Shown here in pieces: positions 10,331 to 22,043 of a DNA stretch of 38,210 nt. Made by a program: the position numbers and the translations under genes. The stretch lies in assembly GCF_006345805.1 (NCBI RefSeq), contig NW_021835844.1:1-38210 (forward strand), in the 5' to 3' direction. The notes beneath the pieces are model-generated. The model was not told the DNA's origin and ran no database searches. It saw only the letters and a program-made list of their open reading frames with translations. Every line of letters starts with the position of its first letter. The stretch's first letter is position 1. The DNA is from Octopus sinensis. Its lineage: Eukaryota.

Positions 10331-11152
10331 CCATACACACCTATGTATGTGCTTGTTCCTGTACGTATGTGTATATGTGTAGGTGTGTATGTCTTGTGTG
10401 TGCATGTGTGTGTGAGTGTAGGTGTGTATGCTTGTGTGTGTGTGTGTGGTGACATGGACATTGAATTTTCGTCTCGGTTTGCTTTGGAACAGAAAAATAG
10501 TTACACATAATTGTAAACACACACTCTCTCTCACACACACACACATACACACACATACACACACTTCGTTAATTTAGAATTAAGGAGAATAATGAAAGTG
10601 GTTTTGTGAAAAGTGGACAAGATTAAAGTAAAATAATAATTGAACAGAACCATAGAAACAAACACAAACACAAACAGAAAGAAGCTTATATTAAATATAT
10701 TTAATGACGGCAAGTTAAAAGCGATGGCTCGTTTACGTTGGACTGAAGAAGTTTAATTTATATGATGGAAGATAAAAAGCTTATATTTATATTTAAAGAT
10801 TGGAATTATAATGTTAGATTTATTATGACAGAGATATAACCAGTGTTGCTATGATGATTAATTAATATTCTGTTCAAACCGTGTATCAGTCCATATTTTA
10901 TATAATTTTTGGATCAGCGATACATTATATTAATTAAGGCTTTTAAAATTTATTATCTGCAGCGTTGAGGATAATATAAATACAAATATTCATCATTATG
11001 TATACTACTGTGATATATTATTTACTAATATAAAGGAGGAACAATGATTTGTATTGTTCGATATATAATAAATATCTTTAAATACTTATCGCATATCGTT
11101 TATGAATAATAACATAAGTGTTATATTAAAATGCACCATTAAAAGTATTCAA

Positions 11153-11323
11153 TAGGCACAGGAGTGGCTGTGTGGTAAGTAGCTTGCTAACCAACCACAT
11201 GGTTCCGGGTTCAGTCCCACTGCGTGGCACCTTGGGCAAGTGTCTTCTACTATAGCCTCGGGCCGACCAATGTCTTGTGAGTGGATTTGGTAGACGGAAA
11301 CTGAAAGAAGCATGTCGTATATA

Positions 11324-11364
<41 letters not shown>

Positions 11365-11556
11365 GTGTCTGTGTTTGTCTCCCTAGCATTGCTTGACAAC
11401 CGATGCTGGTGTGTTTACGTCCCCGTCACTTAGCGGTTCGGTAAAAGAGACCGATAGAATAAGTACTAGGCTTACAAAGAATAAGTCCCGTCAAAAGGCG
11501 GTGCTCCAGCATGGCCGCAGTCAAATGACTGAAACAAGTAAAAGAGTAAAAGAATA
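11153..11556 (+). mobile_element. SINE group A, near full length (tRNA-like head, internal (AT)n)
   Basis: A-box-like TGGCTGTGTGG, B-box-like GGTTCAGTCC, body, (AT)n, tail ending 'gactgaaacaagtaaaagagtaaaaga'; same sequence inverted at 19862, 26230, 34745. Confidence 0.9.
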
Positions 11557-11611
11557 TATATTGCAACAGTCTTTAGGAATTCAAAGGAGTATTAAATAAA
11601 GCATGGCCATA

Positions 11612-11810
11612 AACGCATGCGTGGCTGTGAGGTAAAAAGTTTGCTGCGCGTGGCAGCTTGAGCAAATGTCTTGTATTATAGCTTCGGGTCAACCGAAACC
11701 TTGTGAATAGATTTATTAGACGGAAACTGAAAGAAGCACGTCGTATATATAAATGCACGTGCGTGTGTGTGTATACGTGTGTGTTTGTGTTTGTCCCCCA
11801 CCATCGCTTC
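11612..11810 (+). mobile_element. Degenerate 5' part of SINE group A
   Basis: 'gtggctgtgaggta...gacggaaactgaaagaagcacgtcgt...gtgtttgtccccc'. Confidence 0.75.
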
Positions 11811-12198
11811 ACATATAAAAACAGATAACATAAAAGCGAGATAAACAAATAATTATTTCAGACAAATAACAACGTTCCTTTTGTTTTTATTTAGTATGAA
11901 ACAAACTGCAAATGAGATTAAAACAATTTTTTCATAAATGAATTATTGTATTAAAAAGGTTTTGTTGTGTAGGTGCTGGAATATTTCCGATTTAATTCTC
12001 GGTATGTTTTGAAAAAATGTATATACTCCAGCATGACCACAGCCGCATGGTTGAAACGAATAAAAGAATATACATCCAAAACACCAACTTGTGGTGTCTT
12101 GGCTGCACGTACATTGTTGAGTCTCGGCGATCTTCTCCAGCCACTATTCCTGGGAGGTCCGTGTGTGTAAAGTCTTCTGGCACTCTTCCTCAGGGCCC

Positions 12199-12286
12199 TA
12201 TCAATGTCATTTGACCTTCTGGCTCTATCAATGTCATTTGACCTTCTTGAACAAGGGAAGTAATTATCAATGTCATTTGACCTTCC
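12199..12286. repeat. 21-bp direct repeat x3 with unique spacers
   Basis: 'tatcaatgtcatttgaccttc' at 12199, 12226, 12265. Confidence 0.95.
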
Positions 12287-12489
12287 CTTTAATTCAACGG
12301 TTTCAGTTGAGACTATGATTATTATTCAATCACCCCGTTCTTGGTCTCCACCTAGGTCTCCTAATCATTGGGCTCGACTTGAAGAATCCCTCTTGCGATT
12401 CTTTCCTGTGAAATTCTAGTTCTGGAACTGTACCTTCTCAACGTAGTGTATTGTTAGTATACAAAAATACCAGATATAAATTTCACACA

Positions 12490-12685
12490 TTGGCACAAGG
12501 CTAGCAATTTCCAGGGAGGGGTGGTGTAAGCCGACTACGTCGAGCTAGTGTTCAACTGATACTTATTTTATCGTTCCCCGAAAGGTAAAGTCGATCTTAG
12601 CAGAATTTAAACTCAGAATGCGAGGATGGACGGAATGCCGCTGAGTATTTTGCACGGAGTCCTGACGATTCTGCCACCTCACCGA
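12490..12685 (-). mobile_element. SINE group C copy
   Basis: Matches other group C copies; its head end carries the SINE-B insertion. Confidence 0.75.
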
Positions 12686-12692
12686 CTAATAT

Positions 12693-13085
12693 GGAATAGA
12701 ATGGAAGCACTCCGTCGGTTACGACGACGAGGGTTCCGGTTGATCCGATCAACGGAACAGCCTGCTCGTGAAATTAACGTGTAAGTGGCTGAGCATTCCA
12801 CAGACACGTGTACCCTTACCGTAGTTCTCGGGGATATTCAGCGTGACACAGATAGTGATAAGGCCGGCCCTTTGAAATACAGGTACAACAGAAACAGGAA
12901 GTAAGAGTGAGAGAAAGTTGTGGTGAAAGAGTACAGCAGGGATCACCACCATCCCCTGCCGGAGCCTTGTGGAGCTTTTAGGTGTTTTCGCTCAATAAAC
13001 ACTCACAACGCCCGGTCTGGGAATCGAAACCGCGATCCTACGACCGCGAGTCCGCTACCCTAACCACTGGGCCATTGCGCCTCCA
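12693..13085 (-). mobile_element. SINE group B (tRNA-like head), full length with 13-bp target-site duplication
   Basis: Head is the reverse complement of 15448-15630; 'caccgactaatat' at 12680-12692 and 13086-13098. Confidence 0.9.
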
Positions 13086-13624
13086 CACCGACTAATATAA
13101 GTTTCACAGACAAAATAATGTTTTCGAAGTGTAAAATCCCCAAATAATTTTTATTGCACTAAAATTAATTGATTTATTGTTTTAAATATCAGGCGGTAAT
13201 TAGTTAACACTAAAATCGTTTAATATTACATACTCGAAAACAGGAAGAAATTGTATTAAAAAATTTACGAGATCACATTGAAACAAATAGTGAGAATTGT
13301 GTTTTAGAGTTTCCATTCAGTAAATATTTTAAATAGTTCGAAAGTAAATATTATAAAATGTTTAAAATATTAAACAATAAAAAATATAAATTTCTTATTA
13401 ATATTACATGAAACATATATGTGGGAATTCTAAATATAATTTACAACAAATTATTTGATAATCGTTGCAAAACATATAATAAAACATAACAACACTTACA
13501 ATTTATGTGCGGATATGTGTGTATGTATGAGTACGATGGATGGATGGATGGATATCAGGTACATGGGCTGGTGGATAGGGTGGTGCATACACGATCGCTA
13601 GATTTGTGGGTTTGATAGATTGGG

Positions 13625-13810
13625 TGGCGCGGCGCATATGTACTCGAGCAAAACACCTCATTTCACTTTGCTCCGTTCCCCCTTTAGATCAGGGCGCAAT
13701 GTTGGCCTGCTGCGTGGCGTCATATGAAGGCAAAAACAATACAAAAACACATCGTGATTAGCGATGTGTAACAACATCCAATAACCTAGTCGTTCACATG
13801 ATTACCTGGT
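13625..13810 (+). mobile_element. Degenerate SINE fragment sharing its tail with 15448-15740
   Basis: 'gcgtcatatgaaggc...gtgattagcgatgtgtaacaacatc' resembles 15650-15715. Confidence 0.55.
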
Positions 13811-13827
13811 ATATATATATATGTGCA

Positions 13828-13880
13828 AACCCAAAAATAAGCAACAAGAATGATCCATTCTTGTTGCTTATTTTTGGGTT
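13828..13880. other. Perfect 25-bp inverted repeat, 3-nt loop
   Basis: aacccaaaaataagcaacaagaatg-atc-cattcttgttgcttatttttgggtt. Confidence 0.95.
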
Positions 13881-13974
13881 ATAATCACCCCACATAATTT
13901 CATGGGTTATACCATAAAAAATTCTGGTGCATATAAGTTAAGTACCATATTCATTTGAATCTAAATTGTTTTGC

Positions 13975-14015
<41 letters not shown>

Positions 14016-14069
14016 ATTTATATAAGTATGTAACATTGAAATTAAAGTTTCTTCCCGCTTTATACAAAC

Positions 14070-14265
14070 TCATCGGGCCAGTTTCCGGTTTCCGGGCGGG
14101 ATGCCAGTCTTTAGCAGGATTACTCCTTTTTGCCAGTTGAGTGAACTTGAGCAACGCGATATGAAGTGTTTTGCTCAAGAACACAACGCATCACCCGGTC
14201 CGAGAATCGAAACAACAATCTTACGATCATGAGTCCAACACCTTAACCACTAAGCCACATCCCTC
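14070..14265 (-). mobile_element. tRNA-headed SINE related to group B
   Basis: Minus strand: gagggatgtggcttagtggttaaggtgttggactc...gtttcgattctcggacc (A/B boxes), then 'gttcttgagcaaaacacttc'. Confidence 0.75.
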
Positions 14266-15301
14266 AACAGCAAATATTGAATTGATAGAAAAATTAATTT
14301 GGATATACATTAAACCATAACATCGTGCAATATAAGCTACTAATTAATTTAAATGAATTTCTCTTATCTTCGAGTAGTTGTTTGTTTTTGTGAACAAGGG
14401 AAGTAATTATCTTTTATCTTTGTTTATTGAAAAGTGTTTAATATTATGAAATGCGAAATGAAATAAGTAAAACGAAATAAAATAAGAACTAAAATAAATT
14501 TCATTATTAGTCGACAGCTTAGTAAATTGGTTAAATGTTATGTGATGGAAATCAAATATATTGTAGTATTATTTTTTATAGACCTGGTATTGCCGAGGAT
14601 TATAGAAAGTAAAAGGAAAATTCACATACAAGTCATCATTTGGTGAAATTTATATATATACACACACACACTGGCGAAAATAAATTTAAGACCGATGATA
14701 AAAGTTCTATTTCTTAAAGTACTAATATGTATTTCGTTCTTGTTGCTCATTTTCGCTACAATCTGAAGCTTTAAATAAAATTACAATGATAAAGTCTTAA
14801 ACTAATTTTGCCGGTAAATTTGAAGCGTTTATATTAATTTAGCATTAGAATTCTTCAAGTTGTATAAAAATATTTATTGTGTACACCATTCAAAAGAGAT
14901 ATAAATTCTGCATAAGGTGTAAAAGATAGAGATAATATGTATGGTATTAGTAACAAAATATTTTGTAAGAAATAGAACTTTTATCATCGGTTTTAAATTT
15001 ATTTTCGCCAGTATATTTCTTTCCTTCTTTCCTGGGCGTCCAATAATACTATACATGTTCCACGTCCTCGCGTCGTTGTGTTTTCGTGTTTGGATTAACT
15101 ATCTGGACTATCAGCACAATGTAAAACGCACTTTGGAAGCACGTGTAAGGAAGTGCCACTCTAAAGTCTAAAATTAACGTTAATTTTACATTGGATTTTT
15201 GCGTGAGTCTGTCATTGAAAGGAGAGATTGTACAGAAACAATTATGATTGATCATTAATGACGCGTTCAAGTCTTACTTTGTTTCCTTATTCGGATTATA
15301 A

Positions 15302-15340
<39 letters not shown>

Positions 15341-15368
15341 ACTGCGCGCTTTTCTTTGTTTTGATGTG

Positions 15369-15413
<45 letters not shown>

Positions 15414-15447
15414 ATGTATGTATGTATGTGTGTATGTGTGTGTGTGT

Positions 15448-15740
15448 GGAGGCGCAATGGCCCAGTGGTTAGGGCAGCGGACTCGCGGTCGTAGGATCGC
15501 GGTTTCGATTCCCAGACCGAGCGTTGTGAGTGTTTATTGAGCGAAAACACCTAAAAGCTCCACGAGGCAACGGCAGGGGGTGGTGATCCCTGGTGTACTC
15601 TTTCACCACTCTTTCTTGTGTCGACCTGCTCGCTTAGCCAGCGGGGTTGCGTCATTTAAAGGCTGAAATAATGCGAACGCATTGTGACCAGCGATGTGTA
15701 ACTACATCTGAAGGACTGGTCGGTAACGTTATCACGTGAT
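15448..15740 (+). mobile_element. SINE group B (tRNA-like head)
   Basis: ggaggcgcaatggcccagtggttagg (A box)...ggtttcgattccc (B box); first ~190 bp near-identical to inverted 12895-13085. Confidence 0.9.
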
Positions 15741-15776
15741 ATATATATATACATATATATATGTATATCCACAAAC

Positions 15777-15809
<33 letters not shown>

Positions 15810-15835
15810 TTACTACTTGTCTATGTATCAAGTTA

Positions 15836-16116
15836 TACGGGATTGGGCTGAAAAGTTCATAGGCTGACTAAGTATAATTATCATACATTAAATTAAACTT
15901 GGCATGTAATGAATCAACCTTTCCTGATGCTGACCTGCATTTTTCCTCTCCTGATAACTCACGTTGGATAAAGAAATTGAGGATTTGGAGAAGTGGTACC
16001 AGAGACGTTTCTTGAAAATGGATAAAATGTAGCACAATAGTGTTATCAAATATCTGCAGAAAAGGTGTCAGCCCCACAAGGACATTCATGCTGACATGGT
16101 TGCGACATTAGGGGAT
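15836..16116 (+). pseudogene. 5' end of a mariner transposon: TIR, UTR and transposase N-terminus (dead, truncated)
   Basis: TIR-like 'tacgggattgggctgaaaagttc'; ATG 16018 reads [32 protein letters not shown], resembling a mariner paired-like HTH; ends in (AT)n. Confidence 0.75.
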
Positions 16117-16176
16117 ATATATACATACATATATATATATATGAGTAAATGTAAGGACACGCAATTAGGTAAGTCG

Positions 16177-16225
<49 letters not shown>

Positions 16226-16231
16226 GTATGT

Positions 16232-16263
<32 letters not shown>

Positions 16264-16285
16264 ATAATATATATATATATATGTA

Positions 16286-16334
<49 letters not shown>

Positions 16335-16409
16335 TATGTACATATACACACACACACACATATAATATACCACACACACACACATGTATATATATATTAT
16401 ATGGGTGTC

Positions 16410-16625
16410 TTTGTGCTTCTGTTAGTTTAACATCCGATATTAGTATATTTTACGTCCCCGAAAACTCAGCGGTTCGGCCTAAGATGCCGATGGAATAAGT
16501 ACCAGGCTTTAAAAGAAAAACAAAAAAAGTAAGTGGGGGTCGATTGAGTCGACTAAAAACTTCTTGAAGGCTGTGCCCCGGCATGGCCGCAAGTCTTATG
16601 ACTGAAGCTAGTAAAACATAAAAGA
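16410..16625 (+). mobile_element. Degenerate 3' half of SINE group A
   Basis: 'tttacgtccccg...cagcggttcgg...gaataagtaccaggctt...gcatggccgc...atgactgaa'. Confidence 0.7.
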
Positions 16626-16954
16626 TTAAAGTTTTTTAATTTCTTTTTTATTATTTTTTTTATCTTAATTTATATTCAAATATGTTAAGATTCATGTGAT
16701 TCGCTGAAACAAAACTGCAGTGCTGCATATTCAGTGAAAACAACATCGTCGGCAGTAAAACAGCTAGTTAATATATTACCAACAGTAATTATTACAACAA
16801 GCACAATATAAAAAGAAAAAAGAAAAAAGTTAGGAGGTGCCGTAATTAAAACGAAGCTCAGATGAAGATCGGATATTTTAATAGTGATACGCGCATCTGA
16901 TAATAATACTTTAGTTAGATCAAAGTAGCGCCTCGTGATTTTGAAGTCGCGTTT

Positions 16955-17188
16955 ATGATATACACAACACCGCGTACAATGTATAGCATACTCGCACACA
17001 CACAGACAACCACAGGTACACACGAACACACACACACACACACACACACAGGTACACGCACACACACAGGTACACACGCACAAATATGATATACACAACT
17101 CCACGTACAATGTACAGCACACACGCACACACACACACACTCACTCACTCACACACACACACACATACACTCACTCACTCACACTCAC

Positions 17189-17223
<35 letters not shown>

Positions 17224-17346
17224 GACAGAGGTACACATGCACAAATATGATATACACAACTCCACGTACAATGTACAGCACACACGCACACACACACACA
17301 CTCACTCACTCATACACACACACACACATACACTCACTCACTCACA

Positions 17347-17381
<35 letters not shown>

Positions 17382-17489
17382 GTACACATGCACAAATATG
17401 ATATACACAACTCCACGTACAATGTACAGCACACACGCACACACACACACACTCACTCACTCACACACACACACACACACACTCACTCA

Positions 17490-17526
<37 letters not shown>

Positions 17527-17535
17527 ACACACAGG
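16955..17535. repeat. Minisatellite: ~45-bp core plus variable (CA)n/(CACT)n, 4 units
   Basis: 'atgatatacacaac' at 16955, 17086, 17247, 17398. Confidence 0.9.
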
Positions 17536-17774
17536 TAAACAAGCACAAATACACGCTTAGGCACACTCACATACATTCAAATACACCAATACATTCACAA
17601 ACACATACGCACTGGCACAGTGAGAGACAGAGAGACAGAGACGGAGAGAGATAGAGAGAGAGAGGGGGGTGTGAGAGGGGCACATGCGTATGTTAATTAA
17701 TTCACTAAGTCTTGTATTTTAGGAGCATTTTGTTACTTTAAAAGAAATTCATGCAACCACATTGCTGCTGCAGC

Positions 17775-17809
17775 CCCCTCCTCCTCCTCCTACTACTACT
17801 ACTACTAAA

Positions 17810-17840
<31 letters not shown>

Positions 17841-18168
17841 AAACCACCACCACTGTCATTACTTCTACTACTAATCTAACCACCATCACCACTACTACTG
17901 CTATCACCACCACCACCATCACAACTGCTACTACCAATACAAAAACCTCCACCACCACTACCATCACCACAAATGCAGCTGCTACTAAAACTATTACTAC
18001 CTATACAACCACCACCACCACCACAACTGCTGCTGCTGCTACTACTACTACCACTACCACTACCACCACTATTACTATACTACAACTACCACCCACCCCA
18101 AGTCCATTGCTATTACTGTTGCTGCTACTACAACTACAAATACCATCCCCACCACCACCAAGACACCT

Positions 18169-18213
<45 letters not shown>

Positions 18214-18230
18214 AATTATTACTACTACTA
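17775..18230. repeat. (ACT)n/(ACC)n trinucleotide tract
   Basis: Direct periodicity; poly-T/poly-V ORFs. Confidence 0.9.
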
Positions 18231-18299
18231 GGGCCGTGGCCATGATAAAGGCAGCAGCATCAATATAGTTATTTTCCTTAACAGAAATAATAATGGTTT

Positions 18300-18500
18300 C
18301 AAAATTTGGGACAAGAGAAGCAATTCCGGAGAAGAGGGTACGTCGATTACTTCGACCCCAGTATTCAACTGGTACTTAATTTGTAGATCCCGAAAGAATG
18401 AAAAGCAAAGTTCGGCCTCAGCAGAATATGTACCCAAGACGTAAAGACGGACGAAATACCGCAAAGCCTTTGGCCGGTGTGTTCATTGTTTTTACCAGCT
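18300..18500 (-). mobile_element. SINE group C copy
   Basis: 'gtcgattacttcgacccca gtattcaactggtacttaa...gacggacgaaataccgc'. Confidence 0.75.
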
Positions 18501-18506
18501 CGTTGC

Positions 18507-18507
<1 letters not shown>

Positions 18508-18565
<58 letters not shown>

Positions 18566-18790
18566 TGATAAGAAGAAGAAGAAGAAGAAAAAGAAGATGA
18601 AGAAAAAGAAAAGGAAAAAGAAGAAGATGTAGCAGAAGAAGAAGAAGAAAAAGAAGATGAAGAAGAAGAGGAAGAAGAAGAGGAAGGAGAAGAGGAAGAA
18701 GAAGAAGAAAAGAAGAAGAAGAAAAGAAGAAGAAGAAGAAGAAGAAGAAGAAGAAGAAGAAGAAGAAGAAGAAGAAGCAGAAGCAGAGGA
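18508..18790. repeat. (TAA)n followed by (GAA)n microsatellite
   Basis: Direct periodicity. Confidence 0.95.
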
Positions 18791-19861
18791 AGATGAAGAG
18801 GAATGAGAGGAATGAGAAGACTAGATAGAAACATATATACACAAAAAACATACACGCATCACACGCTCCCAAATACAAATGTATGGCATATATATTTATA
18901 CATGTATGAAGTATATATTTATATATAGAATGTATTTTGGCGCACGCGTTTGTGTGTGTGCGAGTACTCGTTAGAAAGAGTTTATTCCCTTGTCCCTCAA
19001 AAGTGTTGCAACATTCTCCACTGCCAGAATTTTAGGTCTAATGATTGATCCGGTCTCAGATCAAGATACGAAGCTGATCATCAATTATCCTGCAATGCAC
19101 CTACAAATGTTTGTTTGTATTTTTCTTTTTCTATTCGTAGAAAAATTTATTGCGCGCAAATCACTAGATGTGGTCTCTCTCTAGTGATTATGGTGTTGGT
19201 TTCCAACTCAAATGTCAATTAGGAATCATTACTTCCACGTTAACCATGGCTTTCTCTTGTTCCAGAGAGAAAGATTCTCTGCCTTCTATTTCTTTTAAAA
19301 GAAGAGCAACGTTCAATGATCTATTTCTTCACGCGTGACAATTTGTAGACCATTTTGAATCCTTCATTTCGTTTGTAAGCAGTGTGTGGGAGCAAAATGG
19401 CGTTTCCATACTGTGTTGAGATGTTTCGATTAATTTCTACATTTCGGCTCCGGATACACCTTCAACTTTCAAATGCACACACACGCTCGCGTGCGCAGAT
19501 CGAGGGTGCCACCCGGAACCATGTGGATGAGAAGCAAGTTTCTTACCGCACAGTCACATATATATATATACGAGATATCTATACCTACATATGTATATAC
19601 AGAGGTATATATGCATACAGATACAGTTATATATATATATATCTTTATATCTATACATACTAATATACGTGTCTATGCGTTTGCGTTTGTATGTGTGTGC
19701 GTGTTTGTTCAGCCGCTTAGAGGTTTGAAAACAATAATTATCTGGTATCTACCCCATACCATAAATTAAATGACTTACTAAAAGAATTGGTATCCTTAAG
19801 ACCGACCACACCCATTTGTGTTTGTCGAGTAATCTATGAAGAAGTCGCACAGTTACCACTA

Positions 19862-20078
19862 TACTCTCTTTTACTCTCTTTTACTTGTTTCAGTCATTTT
19901 GACTGCGGCCATGCTGGAGCACCGCCTTTAGTCGAACAAATCGACCCCGGGACTTATTCTTTGTAAGCCTAGTACTTATTCTATCGGTCTCTTTTTGCCG
20001 AACCGCTAAGTGACGGGAACGTAAACACACCAGTATCGGTTGTCAAGCAATGCTAGGGGGACAAACACAGACACACAA

Positions 20079-20131
<53 letters not shown>

Positions 20132-20298
20132 TACGACAGGCTTCTTTCAGTTTCCGTCTACCAAATCCACTCACAAGGCATTGGTCGACCCGGGGCTATA
20201 GCAGAAGACACTTGCCCAAGATGCCACGCAGTGGGACTGAACCCGGATCCATGTGGTTGGTTAGCAAGCTACTTACCACACAGCCACTCCTGCGCCTA
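19862..20298 (-). mobile_element. SINE group A, full length
   Basis: Reverse complement of 11153-11556 including internal (AT)n. Confidence 0.9.
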
Positions 20299-20626
20299 TG
20301 GTGAACTAAATCTGCGTTTACTTTCTATCTTGTAATCTTTGGATAATCATCGCAACAGACGGTTTGACTCCTGGCAGTCAGTATTTGGGTGAAGGGAAAG
20401 CCTTCATCATTACGAAGTTGTTTTAATAACTGTTAATATGATGTTTTTCCACTTTGAAAACCTACATAACGTGTAACTGTTTTACCCATTCCATTCCTTC
20501 ACTTCTTTATTCATCGCATATTTCACAAATTAAGTTGCTTTTGAAGTGAAGTCGTGTTCCATTTTGATATTTGTTATATTATTAGGATGAGTTTTTATAT
20601 TTTGATATGGGACAAAGTGTACTTGC

Positions 20627-21205
20627 TACGCGGGGGTGCTGAAATGTCACAGGCTTTGGTTAGAAGGAAATACAGTAGGATCGGTTAAGAAAATAGAATT
20701 CTATATTTGAGGGATGAGGTATGATATACATTATTTACATTATTTACATTTCACGGATATTCGCCCTCATCATGTTTGTTGTTAACACAACTTTTCGGGT
20801 GATATACACTCCAGACGTCTTCAGGTGTCCTGGGGAAATTTTGAAGCTGAGGACTCATTCCTAAGGTACATTATAATAACATATTTATAATAATGGAAAA
20901 GTACCTCAGGAATGAGAACCCAGGTTCGAAATTTCCCAGGACACCTGAAGAAGGCTGGAGGGTATATCAGCCGAAATATGTTAACAACAAAGAAGATGAG
21001 GACAAATATCCGTCAAATGTAAATAATGTAAATAAGAATCAGTTAGTTATGATTTTAGGCACCATATTCAACTCTCATATTCACACACTTTCTGCAGCGT
21101 TTCTTCAGTTTTTCTAAGCCCTGGAAAAGGACTCGGAAGGTCCGGCCTCAATTCAGGCCTTTCACGATACCCTTAAAGCCAGGAACTTTTTATCACACAC
21201 TCGTA
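20627..21205 (+). mobile_element. Mariner-derived MITE (TA-flanked) interrupted by a palindromic insert
   Basis: Left 'TAcgcgggggtgctgaaatgtcacaggcttt', right 'aaagccaggaactttttatcacacactcgTA'. Confidence 0.7.
20731..21035. mobile_element. Head-to-head palindromic element, each arm with a hammerhead-like core (Penelope pLTR-like)
   Basis: Arms 20731-20869 and 20901-21035 are imperfect reverse complements; right arm has CTGAAGA-A-GGCTG...CAGCC-GAAA at 20945-20976. Confidence 0.7.
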
Positions 21206-21292
21206 TATTGATAAATTTTTATCGATCGGTTATTGTTTTTATTGAGCATTCTATGTATATGCCAGATGCAAAGTAGATGCTAACAACGGTTC

Positions 21293-21560
<268 letters not shown>

Positions 21561-22006
21561 TGTGTGTCTGTGTATGTGTTTGCGTGTGTTTGAGAGTGTG
21601 TGTGTGTGTGGTGTGTGTGAGTGTGGCGTGCGTGTCTATCAAACTAGAAAAAACATTTCGGTATTATTCATTCACATATTCCCCTATTAGAACTTTTTCA
21701 AACAAAGGATCAAACAAGTATTATTTGATTCTCTGTCTGAAGGATTTCTAAGATATGCCATACATGCTTCTCTTAGATGTACGATTCTGTAACTCCTATC
21801 AGCAAATGAAACATATGCAATGGTGAATAAATATTGCCAGCATTTTTTTCCAGTCCCATGATTTAATATGTAATTACTCTGCCAAATATATTTCCCAGTA
21901 TTTTCAACTGTAGAGCATACCACATACAGATAAAAACATCTATATACGACTATGGATTATTGGAATAAACAGATATGCTTGGAAAGGACACAACTTGGAT
22001 TTTAAC

Positions 22007-22043
<37 letters not shown>

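Noticed and set aside
12199-12286. CRISPR-like repeat-spacer pattern
   Set aside because: Eukaryotic context, only 3 repeats, spacers 6 and 18 nt, no cas genes
15448-15520. tRNA-like sequences (also 13010-13085, 11153-11225, 14190-14265)
   Set aside because: A/B boxes present but they continue into SINE bodies and lack a proper acceptor stem; SINE heads, not tRNA genes
16685-16900. 'FFLFSFYIVLVVIITVGNILT' resembling GPCR TM1
   Set aside because: Arises from a T-rich tract; no TM2 LAxxD motif follows and the frame ends shortly after
19158-19188. 10-bp stem aatcactaga...tctagtgatt
   Set aside because: Too short for a pre-miRNA; stems of this size are expected by chance in 38 kb
21687-21923. 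78-aa non-repetitive minus ORF
   Set aside because: No motif recognised; splice signals weak and inconsistent with the long frame
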